Assembly: GCF_963973085.1 (NCBI RefSeq)
Contig: NZ_CAXAXA010000005.1
Span: forward strand, 224 to 64,223
Direction of reading: 5' to 3'
DNA: 64,000 nucleotides
Source of the DNA: an uncultured Sneathiella sp.
GTDB taxonomy: Bacteria > Pseudomonadota > Alphaproteobacteria > Sneathiellales > Sneathiellaceae
In this document: positions 8,035-19,045 of the stretch, in pieces
Layout of the letters: every line of letters begins with the position of its first letter
How positions within the stretch are numbered: the first letter of the stretch is position 1
Notes under the pieces: model-generated
What the model was told of the DNA's origin: nothing
Databases searched by the model: none
The model's input: only the letters and a program-made list of their open reading frames with translations
Translations under genes and position numbers: made by a program

Positions 8035-8688
8035 GTGGCTCCGATGCAGTGCGCGAAGCGCAAAGGCGGAAAGTTCATTACGCTGGAAGGGGGCGATGGC
8101 AGTGGGAAATCCACGCAAAGCCGTCTTCTTGCCGAGTTCCTTGAGGCCCAGTCCATAGAGACTTTGCTGACACGGGAGCCCGGAGGCGCACCGGGCGCAG
8201 ATGAAATTCGTGAACTGATCCTGACCGGGGATCCGGATCGCTGGGATGCTATCGGCGAGACTTTGCTTTTCTATGCCTCCCGCAGGAACCACCTCCGACT
8301 GACGATCTGGCCAGCACTCGACGAAGACCGCTGGGTTATCTCCGATCGCTTCGCCGATTCAACCATGGCCTATCAGGGGTATGGCAATCAGCTAGGCGAA
8401 GAGGCTGTACAGCGAATCCACGACTTCGCCGTCGGCAGTTTCGCGCCGGACCTTACCTTCATCTTCGATATTCCGGCGGAGGAGGGGCTGAAGCGCACCA
8501 TGGGCCGCACCCATGACGAAGACCGCTTCGAGAAAATGACCCTGTCCTTTCACGAACGCCTGCGGGACGGCTTTCTCGATATCGCCCGGAAAAATCCGGA
8601 CCGCTGCGTCCTGATCGACGCGACCCGGTCTGTCGATGCCATCCAGAAGGAGCTGCGCGAGACAGTCGCCGCGCGCCTGTTGCCATGA
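8035..8688 (+). CDS. tmk: dTMP kinase
   Basis: P-loop LEGGDGSGKST and DRFADSTMAYQG. GTG at 8035; an alternative ATG is at 8044. Confidence 0.9.
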   Translation: MAPMQCAKRKGGKFITLEGGDGSGKSTQSRLLAEFLEAQSIETLLTREPGGAPGADEIRELILTGDPDRWDAIGETLLFYASRRNHLRLTIWPALDEDRWVISDRFADSTMAYQGYGNQLGEEAVQRIHDFAVGSFAPDLTFIFDIPAEEGLKRTMGRTHDEDRFEKMTLSFHERLRDGFLDIARKNPDRCVLIDATRSVDAIQKELRETVAARLLP

Positions 8689-9785
8689 CGGATTTACCGG
8701 TCTCTGACAAGCTGGAGGGATATCCGCATCCGCAGGACCGCATGGAGCTCATCGGCCATGATGCGGCGGAAAAGCGCTTCCTTGAAAACTATCTAAGTGG
8801 CCGGTTTCATCATGCCTGGCTCATTACGGGAGCAAAAGGCGTCGGCAAGGCAAGTTTCGCCTACCGCGCGGCCAAATTTCTGCTGAGCCAGCAGGGAGAG
8901 GGGGGCGGTGGCCTGTTCGGACCGCCGGACAGCCTTGATGTTCCCGAGGGCGATCCGGCACTCGCGCTGATCCGCGCCGGATCACATCCGGGCCTCGCGG
9001 TACTCAGGCGGCAATATGACGTAAAAAACAAAAAGTTTTTCAGCGTTATCCGCGTCGATGATGTTCGTGCCCTCAACCAGTTTTTCCAGTTGACCGCCTC
9101 TGAAGGAAGCTGGCGCATCGTTATCGTCGATCCGGTCGATGAAATGAACCAGAACGCCGCCAATGCGATCCTGAAAATACTCGAAGAACCGCCGAAGAAA
9201 ACGCTTTTCCTCTTGCTCTCCCATACACCGGCAAGTCTGCTGCCGACAATCCGCTCACGCTGTCGTCAACTGGCGCTACGACCGCTCAGCGATGATGACA
9301 TGCGACGGTTTCTCGCGCCCTACAGCGAGACGATTTCCCCTGACCAGCTGGACATGCTCCTGACGCTGGCGGAGGGAAGCCCTGGCATGGCGCTCAGGCT
9401 GCTGGAGGCGGGCGGCCTTGAAATTTTCGCCGATATCCTCGATATCTTCAGGAACTATCCGGTGCTCAACGCCGAGAAACTGCATACACTTGCGGACAAG
9501 AGCGGCCTGAAGGACGGGGAGGCAGGCTATCGCACAATCTGCGAGCTTTACCCCTGGTGGCTGACCCGTCTGGTCCGCGCCGCCAGCGATAATTTCAGTG
9601 ACGGCAATCTGGTTCCCGGAGAAGCGGACATCATGAAAAAAATGGTTTCCCGGCATTCGCCCGCTGACTGGGTTGAAATTTGGGAAAGCGGGAATGACCT
9701 GATAAAAAGGGCAGACGTCATCAACCTTGATCGTAAACAGGTTGTCCTCAACCTGTTTTTGAATGTAGAACGCATGGGCAGGTAA
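8685..9785 (+). CDS. holB: DNA polymerase III subunit delta-prime
   Basis: Follows tmk with an ATGA overlap. Motifs GAKGVGKASFA and IRSRCRQLALRPL. Confidence 0.88.
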   Translation: MTDLPVSDKLEGYPHPQDRMELIGHDAAEKRFLENYLSGRFHHAWLITGAKGVGKASFAYRAAKFLLSQQGEGGGGLFGPPDSLDVPEGDPALALIRAGSHPGLAVLRRQYDVKNKKFFSVIRVDDVRALNQFFQLTASEGSWRIVIVDPVDEMNQNAANAILKILEEPPKKTLFLLLSHTPASLLPTIRSRCRQLALRPLSDDDMRRFLAPYSETISPDQLDMLLTLAEGSPGMALRLLEAGGLEIFADILDIFRNYPVLNAEKLHTLADKSGLKDGEAGYRTICELYPWWLTRLVRAASDNFSDGNLVPGEADIMKKMVSRHSPADWVEIWESGNDLIKRADVINLDRKQVVLNLFLNVERMGR

Positions 9786-9811
9786 GCCGCCACAATAATT
9801 CGGAAAGACAG

Positions 9812-10597
9812 ATGTTAGTCGATAGCCATTGCCATTTGAATTTTGAACAGCTTTCCAGCGAGCTTGACGACGTGGTCGCGCGGGCGAGGGCGGTCGGCGT
9901 CGGACATATGCTGACCATCGGGACAAAACTCCGCGAGTTTGACGCTGTCCGGGCGATCGCGGAGCAGTATGACGATATTCATTGCTCCGTCGGTGTTCAT
10001 CCGCATGAAGCGGAAAGTGAGGGCGATGAAGTAACGGCGGCAAAGCTCATCGAATTGGCCGCGCATCCCAAGGTCGTCGGCATTGGCGAAACCGGCCTTG
10101 ATTATTTTTATGAGCATGCGCCGCGCGAGTTGCAGCAGAAATCCTTTCGTCTTCATATCGAGGCCGCGCGGGAAACCGGACTGCCACTGATCGTGCATAC
10201 CCGCGACGCAGACGATGATACCGTTAAGATTTTACATGAAGAGTACGGGAAGGGGCCTTTTACCGGAGTAATCCATTGCTTTAGTTCAGGATGGGAGGTC
10301 GCTGAGAAATCAATGGAAATTGGTTTCTATATCTCCATTTCCGGGATCGTGACCTTCAAGGCGTCGGAAGAGCTCCGCGATCATGTCAGCCGTATCCCCG
10401 TGGAAAAGCTGCTGGTCGAGACGGACAGCCCTTATCTCGCACCTGTGCCCAAACGCGGCAAGACGAATGAACCATCCTTCGTCGCCCATACCGCCGCCCA
10501 GGTGGCAAAACTGAAAGGCCTTGAGCCGGATCAGCTGGCGACCATCACCACCGACAATTTCTTTAACCTTTTCAATAAAATAGAGCGGAAACTTTAA
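9812..10597 (+). CDS. TatD-family metal-dependent hydrolase
   Basis: Motifs VDSHCHLNF, GETGLDYFY, HCFSS and ETDSPYLAP. Confidence 0.9.
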   Translation: MLVDSHCHLNFEQLSSELDDVVARARAVGVGHMLTIGTKLREFDAVRAIAEQYDDIHCSVGVHPHEAESEGDEVTAAKLIELAAHPKVVGIGETGLDYFYEHAPRELQQKSFRLHIEAARETGLPLIVHTRDADDDTVKILHEEYGKGPFTGVIHCFSSGWEVAEKSMEIGFYISISGIVTFKASEELRDHVSRIPVEKLLVETDSPYLAPVPKRGKTNEPSFVAHTAAQVAKLKGLEPDQLATITTDNFFNLFNKIERKL

Positions 10598-11355
10598 TGG
10601 AAGTGACGATACTCGGATGCGGCACCTCCGGCGGAGTTCCGCGCATTGGAAATGACTGGGGCGCCTGCGATCCGGAGGAGCCAAAAAACCGGCGTCGGCG
10701 CTGTTCTATTCTGGTGAAAGAGAAGGACACGACTGTCCTGATCGATACATCACCGGACATTCGCGAACAGCTTCTGGATGCGGATGTCAGCCGGGTTGAT
10801 GGCGTCGTCTGGACCCACGAACACGCCGATCAGTGCCATGGAATAGACGAACTCCGCGTCCTTGCTATCCGCAATCGCGAGCGCGTTAACGTTTGGAGTG
10901 ACAAGAAAACCCTCGACATATTGATGCGGAGATTTGATTATTGTTTCCGGCAACTTGAAGGGAATCCTTATCCTGCCATCTTAGCTGAACATCTGATCAC
11001 CGGACCGTTTACGATTGGCGATATTAACTTTCTTCCCTTCGATCAGGATCACGGCAGCATCACCAGTCTCGGCTTTCGCATGGGGCCCATCGGCTATTCC
11101 AATGATCTGGTCAATCTCGACGACCGTGGCTTTGAAATTCTCGAGGGCGTTGATACCTGGATCGTCGATGCCATGCGCTACACACCGCATCCGACGCATG
11201 TAAATCTGGAAACCGCGCTCGAATGGATTGACCGGCTTAAACCGCGGCGCGCGGTGTTAACGAATATGCATGTCGACCTCGATTACCGGACATTGCTGAA
11301 AGAACTGCCCGACGGCGTCGAGCCGGCCTATGACGGCATGGTCATAGAGGCCTGA
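10597..11355 (+). CDS. MBL-fold metallo-hydrolase (PhnP-like)
   Basis: HxHxDH-type motif WTHEHADQCHG. Confidence 0.8.
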   Translation: MEVTILGCGTSGGVPRIGNDWGACDPEEPKNRRRRCSILVKEKDTTVLIDTSPDIREQLLDADVSRVDGVVWTHEHADQCHGIDELRVLAIRNRERVNVWSDKKTLDILMRRFDYCFRQLEGNPYPAILAEHLITGPFTIGDINFLPFDQDHGSITSLGFRMGPIGYSNDLVNLDDRGFEILEGVDTWIVDAMRYTPHPTHVNLETALEWIDRLKPRRAVLTNMHVDLDYRTLLKELPDGVEPAYDGMVIEA

Positions 11356-11820
11356 ATGAACGACAGGCTGCAGTTCAGGATAGCGCGCGAGGAAGATCTT
11401 CCCGAGATCGTCCGCTTGCTCGTTCAGGATCAGCTCGGATCCACACGAGAGGTTCTGAGCGATCCGCTGCCGCAGGTTTATCTGGATGCCTTCAACGCCA
11501 TGAAGACCCAGCCGGGCAATGACTATATTATTGGCATCATCAACGAGCGCATTGTTTGCTGCTATCAGTTTACGGTGATCCACGGCATTTCACGCAGCGG
11601 ATCTTCACGCGCGCAAATCGAAGGCGTCCGCGTTGACAGCGACATGCGCGGCCAGAATATCGGAAACCTTCTGATGAAGGACGCAATAGAACGTGCTCGT
11701 GCAAACAAATGCCGACTGTTGCAGCTCACCACCGATAAATCCCGCCCTGATGCCCACCGCTTCTACGAGGGGGTTGGCCTCTCGGCCAGCCATATCGGCT
11801 ATAAGCTTGATATTTCATAA
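11356..11820 (+). CDS. GNAT-family N-acetyltransferase
   Basis: Acetyl-CoA binding-like segment QIEGVRVDSDMRGQNIGNLLM. Confidence 0.8.
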   Translation: MNDRLQFRIAREEDLPEIVRLLVQDQLGSTREVLSDPLPQVYLDAFNAMKTQPGNDYIIGIINERIVCCYQFTVIHGISRSGSSRAQIEGVRVDSDMRGQNIGNLLMKDAIERARANKCRLLQLTTDKSRPDAHRFYEGVGLSASHIGYKLDIS

Positions 11821-11920
11821 TCCAATATTTTCCATAATATATATTATGCGAAAATTAGATATATGAATCATACATCGAAATCCTCCTCCCTATCCATTGA
11901 GCCTTCGATGTTCCAACCAG

Positions 11921-12508
11921 TTAATCGTCTCCGAAAATGATCGCTTCAATCTTCTCCGTGTCCTCCGCATCTATGACGGAGGTTGCGACATCATAGGAAA
12001 AGCCCTGACGTGCCAGCGAGGTAAGTTCCTTGTCCCGGCGATCCTCTCGCGTTTCTTCCGGCTTATAGGGTCCAAACCTGCGTCGCTTCACAAACCGGGC
12101 CGCCGCCTTGCGGTCAAGCAATGTCGTATCCGTGCCGAGTTCCTTAATCGCATGGCTCTGATCGGATTCCGCGAACCCCATTTCCTGGAGTTTCACGCCA
12201 ATCTGAGCTATCGACCGCCCCTGCCGCGCCATCACGCGCGCTTTGCTCGCGGCAAACTCCGTATCATTGATAAAGCCCGATGCCTCCAGTTTCTCGATCA
12301 CCCCGGCGATGCGTTCGTTCAGGACGGTCTCGGACAGCTCGAAATGCTCTGCATGGCGCATCGCCTTGTCAAACAGGTGCCGAGTCATCTTGCGACGCGT
12401 CGCCGGAAAGCGGTTTAAGTACCGAAGCGCCTGATCCCGCAGCCATTTTTCCGTCGGCTCGATCGGTTTTCGCGGCTTTTTGGGTTTTGGTTCCTGTCCG
12501 TCATTCAT
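11921..12508 (-). CDS. recX: Regulatory protein RecX
   Basis: Helical-repeat protein; ALRYLNRFPATRRKMTRHL and its overall length and composition are typical of RecX. Confidence 0.75.
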   Translation of the reverse strand: MNDGQEPKPKKPRKPIEPTEKWLRDQALRYLNRFPATRRKMTRHLFDKAMRHAEHFELSETVLNERIAGVIEKLEASGFINDTEFAASKARVMARQGRSIAQIGVKLQEMGFAESDQSHAIKELGTDTTLLDRKAAARFVKRRRFGPYKPEETREDRRDKELTSLARQGFSYDVATSVIDAEDTEKIEAIIFGDD

Positions 12509-12613
12509 GGCATTCTCGTTTTTCGGGTCGTATTTTCATGATACGTATGGCCAGCGGGAAAGGAAATCCCGTAAACTGGCCTGGCCGGAAATTCGTACCC
12601 GAAAGTAAGTTAC

Positions 12614-13435
12614 ATGACCAAATCCGTTACCCCTGCCCCGATCGATCAACTGCTGGATATCATGGCCCGGCTTCGTAATCCAGAGGGCGGATGCCCCTGG
12701 GATCTTGAGCAGAATTTCGAGACCATCGCCCCCCATACCATCGAGGAAGCCTACGAAGTCGCGGAAGCCATCGCCAAGGGGGATATGGCGGAACTGAAGG
12801 ACGAACTCGGCGATTTGATGTTTCAGGTCGTTTTCTATGCCCAGATGGCGAAGGAAGCTGGAGATTTCGATTTTAACGACGTGATCAAGGCGATTTCGGA
12901 GAAAATGATCCGCCGCCATCCACATGTGTTCGGCAATGAAGACATCGCAACGGCAGAAGCCCAGACAACCGCATGGGAGGAAACGAAGGCACGGGAGCGC
13001 GTATTGAAACGCGAAGCATCCGATACTCCGCCGTCCGCTCTTGATGGGGTGGCGAGCAACCTTCCCGCCCTCACCCGTGCAGTCAAGCTACAGAACCGGG
13101 CCGGACGGGTCGGGTTCGATTGGCCGTCCATCCGACCGGTGTTCGAGAAGATAGAGGAGGAAATGGCGGAACTTCGCGTCGAAATTGATAATGACGGGAG
13201 CGAGGAACGCATTGCCGAGGAATATGGCGACCTGTTGTTCGTGATGGCAAATCTGGGCCGTCATCTGAAACTGGAACCCGAAACTGTCCTGCGATCCGCC
13301 AACCGGAAATTCACCCGTCGTTTCCAGACGGTGGAACAACGCCTCACCTCTAGAGGTAAATCCCTCGACCAATGCTCTCTTGAGGAAATGGATGACGTCT
13401 GGAACGAAATTCGAAAAGAAGATAAATCTAAATAA
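12614..13435 (+). CDS. mazG: Nucleoside triphosphate pyrophosphohydrolase MazG
   Basis: Two MazG repeats: EEAYEVAEAI...ELGDLMFQVVFYAQ and EEYGDLLFVMANL. Confidence 0.9.
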   Translation: MTKSVTPAPIDQLLDIMARLRNPEGGCPWDLEQNFETIAPHTIEEAYEVAEAIAKGDMAELKDELGDLMFQVVFYAQMAKEAGDFDFNDVIKAISEKMIRRHPHVFGNEDIATAEAQTTAWEETKARERVLKREASDTPPSALDGVASNLPALTRAVKLQNRAGRVGFDWPSIRPVFEKIEEEMAELRVEIDNDGSEERIAEEYGDLLFVMANLGRHLKLEPETVLRSANRKFTRRFQTVEQRLTSRGKSLDQCSLEEMDDVWNEIRKEDKSK

Positions 13436-13445
13436 AATTAGATAG

Positions 13446-14759
13446 TTAAAGATCTTTGTTAAGAATTTTCTCGAGCCGCCCGAGGTTCTCTGGTGAGAAT
13501 TTGGCCTCGATATGGACTATGTCTTCCTGATCGGTTCGCTCCAGCACGGTCCCGTTCCGGTATATCCAGGAGAGCGTTGCCCCGTCCTCTGCCGGGATTT
13601 CAAGCTCCAATACTTTCTGCCTGGCCGTCAGCAAGTCCTCTATCCGGCGGAGGAATGTCTCCGTGCCCTCCCCAGTGATCGCCGAGATAGCAACCTGCCC
13701 CTTCCCGCGCTCCGTGCTGTTATAGAGCTTTTCCTTCTCTTCAGGTTCCAGCACATCAATCTTGTTCAAAACTTCAAGATAAGTGCCTTCGTCATCCGTA
13801 TCGACACCGAGCCGCTTCAGAACATCCAGCACGTCCTGCCGCTGCGCGCCCGTGTCGATATGGGTAATGTCGCGCACGTGAACAATCAGGTCCGCCTCCA
13901 GCACCTCTTCCAGGGTGGCGCGAAAGGCAGCGACCAGCTCCGTCGGCAAATCCGAAATAAAGCCGACCGTATCGGAGAGGATCACCGGCTGCCCGCCCGG
14001 TAGGGTAATTTTCCGCATGGTCGGGTCAAGCGTCGCAAACAAAAGATCTTCCGCGAAGACATCCGATTGTGTCATGCGATTGAAAAGGGTCGATTTCCCG
14101 GCGTTGGTATAACCGACGAGTGCAACGATGGGGTAAGGTATCTTCTTGCGCTTCGCCCGGTGCAGCTCCCGCGTCTGGACAACCGAGCTAAGCTGCCGCT
14201 TGATTTTCGTGATCCGCTCGTCAATCAGCCGGCGGTCGATTTCAAGCTGCGATTCACCGGGACCGCCAATAAAGCTCAGGGAGCCGCGCTGTCGTTCCAG
14301 ATGGGTCCATGACCGCACCAGACGGGTCCGCTGGTAGCTGAGATGGGCAAGCTCAACCTGCAGGGCGCCCTCCTTCGTCTGCGCCCGTTCCCCGAAGATT
14401 TCGAGAATCAATCCGGTCCGGTCGACAATCTTGACTTTCCAGTGGCGCTCCAGGTTGCGTTGCTGTACGGGCGTCACCGGCCCGTCGATGATCACGACAT
14501 CAATATGCGAGTTTTTGATGAAATCACCCAGCTCGTCAATCTTGCCGGTTCCGAACAATGTGCCCGGCCGCGCCTTGTTCAGAGTGATAATCTCGGAATG
14601 AACAACATTAAGGGAAATGGCAGCCGTGAGCGAGACGGCTTCTTCGAGGCAACTTTGCGGATCACGAATCTTGGTTTGGGTTGAACGCTTGATATAGGGG
14701 TGCAGAACCAGAGCCGCCTCCCCCGAACGCAAGTTCTCGCGTTCTGAATTAACTTCCAT
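13446..14759 (-). CDS. hflX: GTPase HflX
   Basis: G1 GYTNAGKSTLFN, G3 DTVGF and G4 NKID. Lies immediately downstream of hfq. Confidence 0.92.
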   Translation of the reverse strand: MEVNSERENLRSGEAALVLHPYIKRSTQTKIRDPQSCLEEAVSLTAAISLNVVHSEIITLNKARPGTLFGTGKIDELGDFIKNSHIDVVIIDGPVTPVQQRNLERHWKVKIVDRTGLILEIFGERAQTKEGALQVELAHLSYQRTRLVRSWTHLERQRGSLSFIGGPGESQLEIDRRLIDERITKIKRQLSSVVQTRELHRAKRKKIPYPIVALVGYTNAGKSTLFNRMTQSDVFAEDLLFATLDPTMRKITLPGGQPVILSDTVGFISDLPTELVAAFRATLEEVLEADLIVHVRDITHIDTGAQRQDVLDVLKRLGVDTDDEGTYLEVLNKIDVLEPEEKEKLYNSTERGKGQVAISAITGEGTETFLRRIEDLLTARQKVLELEIPAEDGATLSWIYRNGTVLERTDQEDIVHIEAKFSPENLGRLEKILNKDL

Positions 14760-14797
14760 GTGGGGAATTTAGGCGCAGCATAGGGTCCTTGTCAGGG

Positions 14798-15040
14798 TCA
14801 GCTCTCGGCTGACGGGTCAAAAAGCTGAATAGGTCCGGCGGGCATCACCGTCGAGATGGCGTGCTTATAGACAAGCTGCTCATGTCCATCGCGGCGCAAC
14901 AGAACGCTGAAGTTATCAAACCAGCTTATCGAACCCTGTAATTTTACACCATTAACCAGAAATACCGTAACTGGCACCTTGTCCTTGCGTACCTTGTTCA
15001 GGAATACATCCTGTACATTTTGTGACTTCTCAGCGGCCAT
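14798..15040 (-). CDS. hfq: RNA chaperone Hfq
   Basis: Sm motifs [39 protein letters not shown]. Confidence 0.95.
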   Translation of the reverse strand: MAAEKSQNVQDVFLNKVRKDKVPVTVFLVNGVKLQGSISWFDNFSVLLRRDGHEQLVYKHAISTVMPAGPIQLFDPSAES

Positions 15041-15256
15041 CTCGAATTATCTCTCGTCTGTCATTAATCTAATGATTTGCCTTTTTATAATCCTATCAAG
15101 GTCTATTTGACGGCTTATGCAAACAAAGGGCAAAAAAGTTTCCCTGACATAAGGATTTATCGCCCTAAACACAAGCACTATCGCGCCTAAATTGCAACAA
15201 ATAACGACTTTGACATAAAAACCACAGTCAAAGTTGAAAATTACGAAAATACTGTG

Positions 15257-16111
15257 TTAAATATCCTGCATGAATTTCTCGTAAATAGCCCTGAGTTGCT
15301 GTGAAACAATGCCCGGGTGACCATTTCCGATGATTTTATCATCTACCTTTACCACAGGCATGACATAAGTCGTGCTGCTGGTCAGAAACACTTCGCGTGC
15401 AGAATTCAGTTCTTCTTTTGAGAAGCTTCGCAGCTCAAGTTCAATATCATGTTTTTTCAGCTCCCGCAGGAGCGATGCCCGCGTGATACCAGCCAGAATA
15501 GAATTACTTGTCGGTCGGGTAACAACCTTTCCCTCTTGCGTAACGATCCAGGCATTGGTGGAACTGCCCTCGGTTACCATGCCGTCTTCATCAATCTGAA
15601 ACGCTTCATACGCGCCCTTTTCCTTGGCTTCCTGCTTGGCCAGTACATTCGGCAACAGGGAGACCGATTTGATGTCCCGTCGGGTCCAGCGGATATCCGG
15701 CACGGTAATGACATTCACGCCGGCCTCCGCCGTTTTTTGCGCCTTTGCCATCGACAGTCTTTTTGCCGTCATGACCAGTGCGGGGGCCACATCCTTCGGG
15801 AAGGGATGATCGCGCGGGGCAACACCCCGCGTCACTTGCAAATAGATAATTCCGTTTTCAATTCCGTTGCGCCGGATCACTTCGCGCATGACCATTTTAA
15901 GCGGCGCGCGCTTCATCGGCGCATCCATCTTCAATTCTTCAAGACTGCGCCAGAGACGATCCAGATGCCCCTCTTCATCGATCATCCGGTTATTGAAGAT
16001 TGTGACCACCTCATAGACCCCGTCGGCGAACTGGTAGCCGCGATCCTCAATATGAACACTGGCAGTCCGGTGCGGAACATACTGACCGTTTACATAAGCA
16101 ATTCTGGACAT
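15257..16111 (-). CDS. D-amino-acid (class IV) aminotransferase
   Basis: Motifs EDRGYQFADGVYEV and MVTEGSSTNAWIV. Confidence 0.85.
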   Translation of the reverse strand: MSRIAYVNGQYVPHRTASVHIEDRGYQFADGVYEVVTIFNNRMIDEEGHLDRLWRSLEELKMDAPMKRAPLKMVMREVIRRNGIENGIIYLQVTRGVAPRDHPFPKDVAPALVMTAKRLSMAKAQKTAEAGVNVITVPDIRWTRRDIKSVSLLPNVLAKQEAKEKGAYEAFQIDEDGMVTEGSSTNAWIVTQEGKVVTRPTSNSILAGITRASLLRELKKHDIELELRSFSKEELNSAREVFLTSSTTYVMPVVKVDDKIIGNGHPGIVSQQLRAIYEKFMQDI

Positions 16112-16126
16112 CTTCTTCCTATTTCG

Positions 16127-17614
16127 TTAACGCCGCCACAGGGCCGGGTTGAGCAGGGAAAGCACAGCAAAAAATTCCAGCCGTCCCACCAGCATAGTGA
16201 CACATAATAGCCATTTGGAAAAATTCGGTAAGGCCCCGTAGCTGATAAAATTCTCTTCACCGACAATCACATCCGTGATCAGGGGCTGGGCGGCTGAACC
16301 CGCGTTAGCGAGGTTCGTTACCGCAAGAGAAACCGACGACTGCAGATCGAGCCCATTGAAGGCGAGCAGCAGCGTCACCACGACAAGGGTACCACAATAC
16401 AGAACGAAAAAACTCCAGGCGGAGAGTATCTGCTCACGTGAGATACGCTGATCACCATATGTCAGCGGAAAAACGCTGCTTGGAAAACTGAGACGATTGA
16501 TTTCCGAATTTGACACCTTCATTAGAATACTGAGGCGCATGAGCTTGATTCCCCCAGCCGTCGAGCCGGTCGAACCGCCAATGGTGATTAGAACCAGGAT
16601 CACAAGGAGCGCCCCGATCGGCCAATAATACTGACCGCTGCCGGAGACAAGCGGCATGTTATACCCCGTTGTCGTCACGGCGGAGACAGTATTGAAAACT
16701 GCATATCGCAAGGTATCGGGAATGCTCATATCCGTCTGGGTCATCATCAGGAAGAAAACAAACAGGCTGCCCAGCACGATCACCACCAGCAGATAGCGAT
16801 ATTCTGAGTCCTTGAAATAGGATTGCCGATCGCCATTGAAGAATGACCAGTGGAGAGAGAAATTGACGGCGCCGATCACCATGAAAATCATCAGTACAAC
16901 TTCAATCCCACGGCTGGCGAACGCGGTTCCGGCTGTATTTGACGTCACAAACCCGCCGGTCGACAGGGTACTGAAGGCGTAGCACAGCGCATCAAAGGCC
17001 GACATACCGGAAAACCAAAGCGCAACAATGCAAATGGCCGTCAGCAGGCCATATATCTTCAACAGGGAGAGCACTGCGTAACCAAAACGACGCGAGACCT
17101 GACGGCGGCTGCTCTTGGCGAGCGCCCGGGTGAGAGGATTGTTTCCCGGTAGATTGAAGGCACTCGCCAGGGCAGAAAGGAAGACAATGATCGAAAACCC
17201 GCCCGCCCATTGGATGAGGCTCCGCCACAGCAGGATGGCCCGCGTCTGAATATCAAGATCATCGATAACAGTCGCGCCGTTTGTAGTGAAGCCGGATATG
17301 GCCTCAAAGTAAGAATTGGTCGCCGAGGGGATGGCATCGCTCAGATAGAAGGGCAAGGCGGCAAACGCCGGAAGCACGATCCAGATTAAGGTCGCCGCGA
17401 AGAAAGTCTCCCGTCGCCCCAATATTGTCATTTCCCGCCGCATGGCGAGAACCATGCCGCCGCCGAAGAACAGTGTCACGATCGCCGACACGACAAAGCT
17501 GGCGGCAAGCCCTGCCTGCCCCTGCGCCAGGGCGAAAGCCATCGGCACCAGCATTAGAGCCGCCAGGAATCCCAGAGCCCAGCCCAGAAAGGTAAAGACA
17601 GGTGCAAATAACAT
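16127..17614 (-). CDS. trkH: Potassium uptake protein TrkH
   Basis: Polytopic protein with repeated TTGF/TGG pore-loop-like segments (FTTNGAT, STGGFV, TTTGYN, GGSTGSTAGGIK). Adjacent to trkA. Confidence 0.9.
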   Translation of the reverse strand: MLFAPVFTFLGWALGFLAALMLVPMAFALAQGQAGLAASFVVSAIVTLFFGGGMVLAMRREMTILGRRETFFAATLIWIVLPAFAALPFYLSDAIPSATNSYFEAISGFTTNGATVIDDLDIQTRAILLWRSLIQWAGGFSIIVFLSALASAFNLPGNNPLTRALAKSSRRQVSRRFGYAVLSLLKIYGLLTAICIVALWFSGMSAFDALCYAFSTLSTGGFVTSNTAGTAFASRGIEVVLMIFMVIGAVNFSLHWSFFNGDRQSYFKDSEYRYLLVVIVLGSLFVFFLMMTQTDMSIPDTLRYAVFNTVSAVTTTGYNMPLVSGSGQYYWPIGALLVILVLITIGGSTGSTAGGIKLMRLSILMKVSNSEINRLSFPSSVFPLTYGDQRISREQILSAWSFFVLYCGTLVVVTLLLAFNGLDLQSSVSLAVTNLANAGSAAQPLITDVIVGEENFISYGALPNFSKWLLCVTMLVGRLEFFAVLSLLNPALWRR

Positions 17615-17619
17615 CGGTC

Positions 17620-18996
17620 TTAGAAAAATTCCAGGCCGACGGAAAACATTTCCTCAACCTTGTGAATGGATTCCTGAAGACCGAGAATGATTACCCGGTC
17701 GTCCTCCTGTATAACGGTTTCACCGCGCGGTATTTCAACTCTGTTCCCCTTGATGACGGCTCCGATGATGGTTCCCGGCGGCAGCTTGATATCGCGAAGT
17801 GGCTTCCCGACCAGCAGTGAGGTTTCAAGCGCATCTCCTTCCACTACCTCTGCAGCGCCGTCGCGGAATGAATGCAGACCGCGGATACGGCCGCGGCGGA
17901 TATGACGGAGGATTTCCGACACCGTCGTCGCCCGCGGATCAACCACTACCTCGATGCCGAGCGATGTGACGAGATTGCCAAAAACCGGATTATTGATGAG
18001 GGTAACAGCGGTTTTCGTGCCCTGCCCTTTTGCCAGCAGGGACGACAGGATATTCACCTGGTCATCATTGGTCAGCGCCACAATCGTCTCGGCCCGCGCC
18101 GCGTTGGCCTCCTGCAGAAGCTCCGGATCTATCGCACTGCCATGAAGGACGACCGTCCGGTCCAGTTCTTCGGTAATTTTCTCCGCGCGGGCACGGTTAT
18201 TCTCGATCAGCTTTAGCGAGACGTTCCGCATGTTCTTCTCAACATACTTCGCAAGATGCAGTCCGATATTTCCCCCGCCGACAATGACAATGCTGCGGGC
18301 CTCCTGCTCTTCATGACCGAACAACGGCATGGCACGGGCTACATGATCGGTGTCTGCGGCGAAATAGACTTCATCGTCCGGAAACATCTGATCCCCGCTG
18401 GCAGGAACAATCATCTTCCCATCACGATATATAGCGACAACCACGACGTTAAGGTCAGGGAAAAGCTCCGTTAGCTGCTTGAGCGGCGTATTAACGATCG
18501 GACAGTTTTCATCCAGCCGGACACCAATTACCTGAACTTTCCCGTCGCCGAATGACACCGTATCAAAGGCGCCAGGAACCTTGAGCCGCCGCTCTATCGC
18601 GTGCGCAACCTCAATTTCCGGCGAAATAATGACATCAATGGGCAGGTTTTCACGACTGAACAAATGCGCCCATAACGGATTTGTATATTGCTGCGCCCGG
18701 ATACGCGCTATTTTCTTCGGTATATCGAAAATCGAATGAGCAATTTGGCAGGCGACCATATTGACTTCATCGCTGTAGGTGACGGCAATGATCATATCCG
18801 CGTCATACGCCCCTGCCCGCTCCAGTGCATCGGGATAGGACGCATGGCCAACCATCGTGCGGACATCCAGCTCGTCGCCAAATTTTCGCACAAGTTCGGC
18901 GGACTGATCGATCAGCGTTACGTCATTGCTTTCCTGGGCGAGCTGACGCGCGATATTCGAGCCGACCTGGCCTGCGCCACAAACGATAACTTTCAT
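17620..18996 (-). CDS. trkA: Potassium uptake protein TrkA (two RCK/NAD-binding repeats)
   Basis: Rossmann motifs VCGAGQVGSNIA and IVGGGNIGLHLA. Confidence 0.92.
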   Translation of the reverse strand: MKVIVCGAGQVGSNIARQLAQESNDVTLIDQSAELVRKFGDELDVRTMVGHASYPDALERAGAYDADMIIAVTYSDEVNMVACQIAHSIFDIPKKIARIRAQQYTNPLWAHLFSRENLPIDVIISPEIEVAHAIERRLKVPGAFDTVSFGDGKVQVIGVRLDENCPIVNTPLKQLTELFPDLNVVVVAIYRDGKMIVPASGDQMFPDDEVYFAADTDHVARAMPLFGHEEQEARSIVIVGGGNIGLHLAKYVEKNMRNVSLKLIENNRARAEKITEELDRTVVLHGSAIDPELLQEANAARAETIVALTNDDQVNILSSLLAKGQGTKTAVTLINNPVFGNLVTSLGIEVVVDPRATTVSEILRHIRRGRIRGLHSFRDGAAEVVEGDALETSLLVGKPLRDIKLPPGTIIGAVIKGNRVEIPRGETVIQEDDRVIILGLQESIHKVEEMFSVGLEFF

Positions 18997-19045
18997 CGCC
19001 TCAAATTTCCCCTCATATACTGCCGGTTCCGAAAGCTATTGCCCC

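Noticed and set aside
11897-12418. A 173-aa plus-strand ORF overlapping recX
   Set aside because: It is antisense to a protein with RecX-like sequence and has an Arg/Leu-rich, low-information translation.
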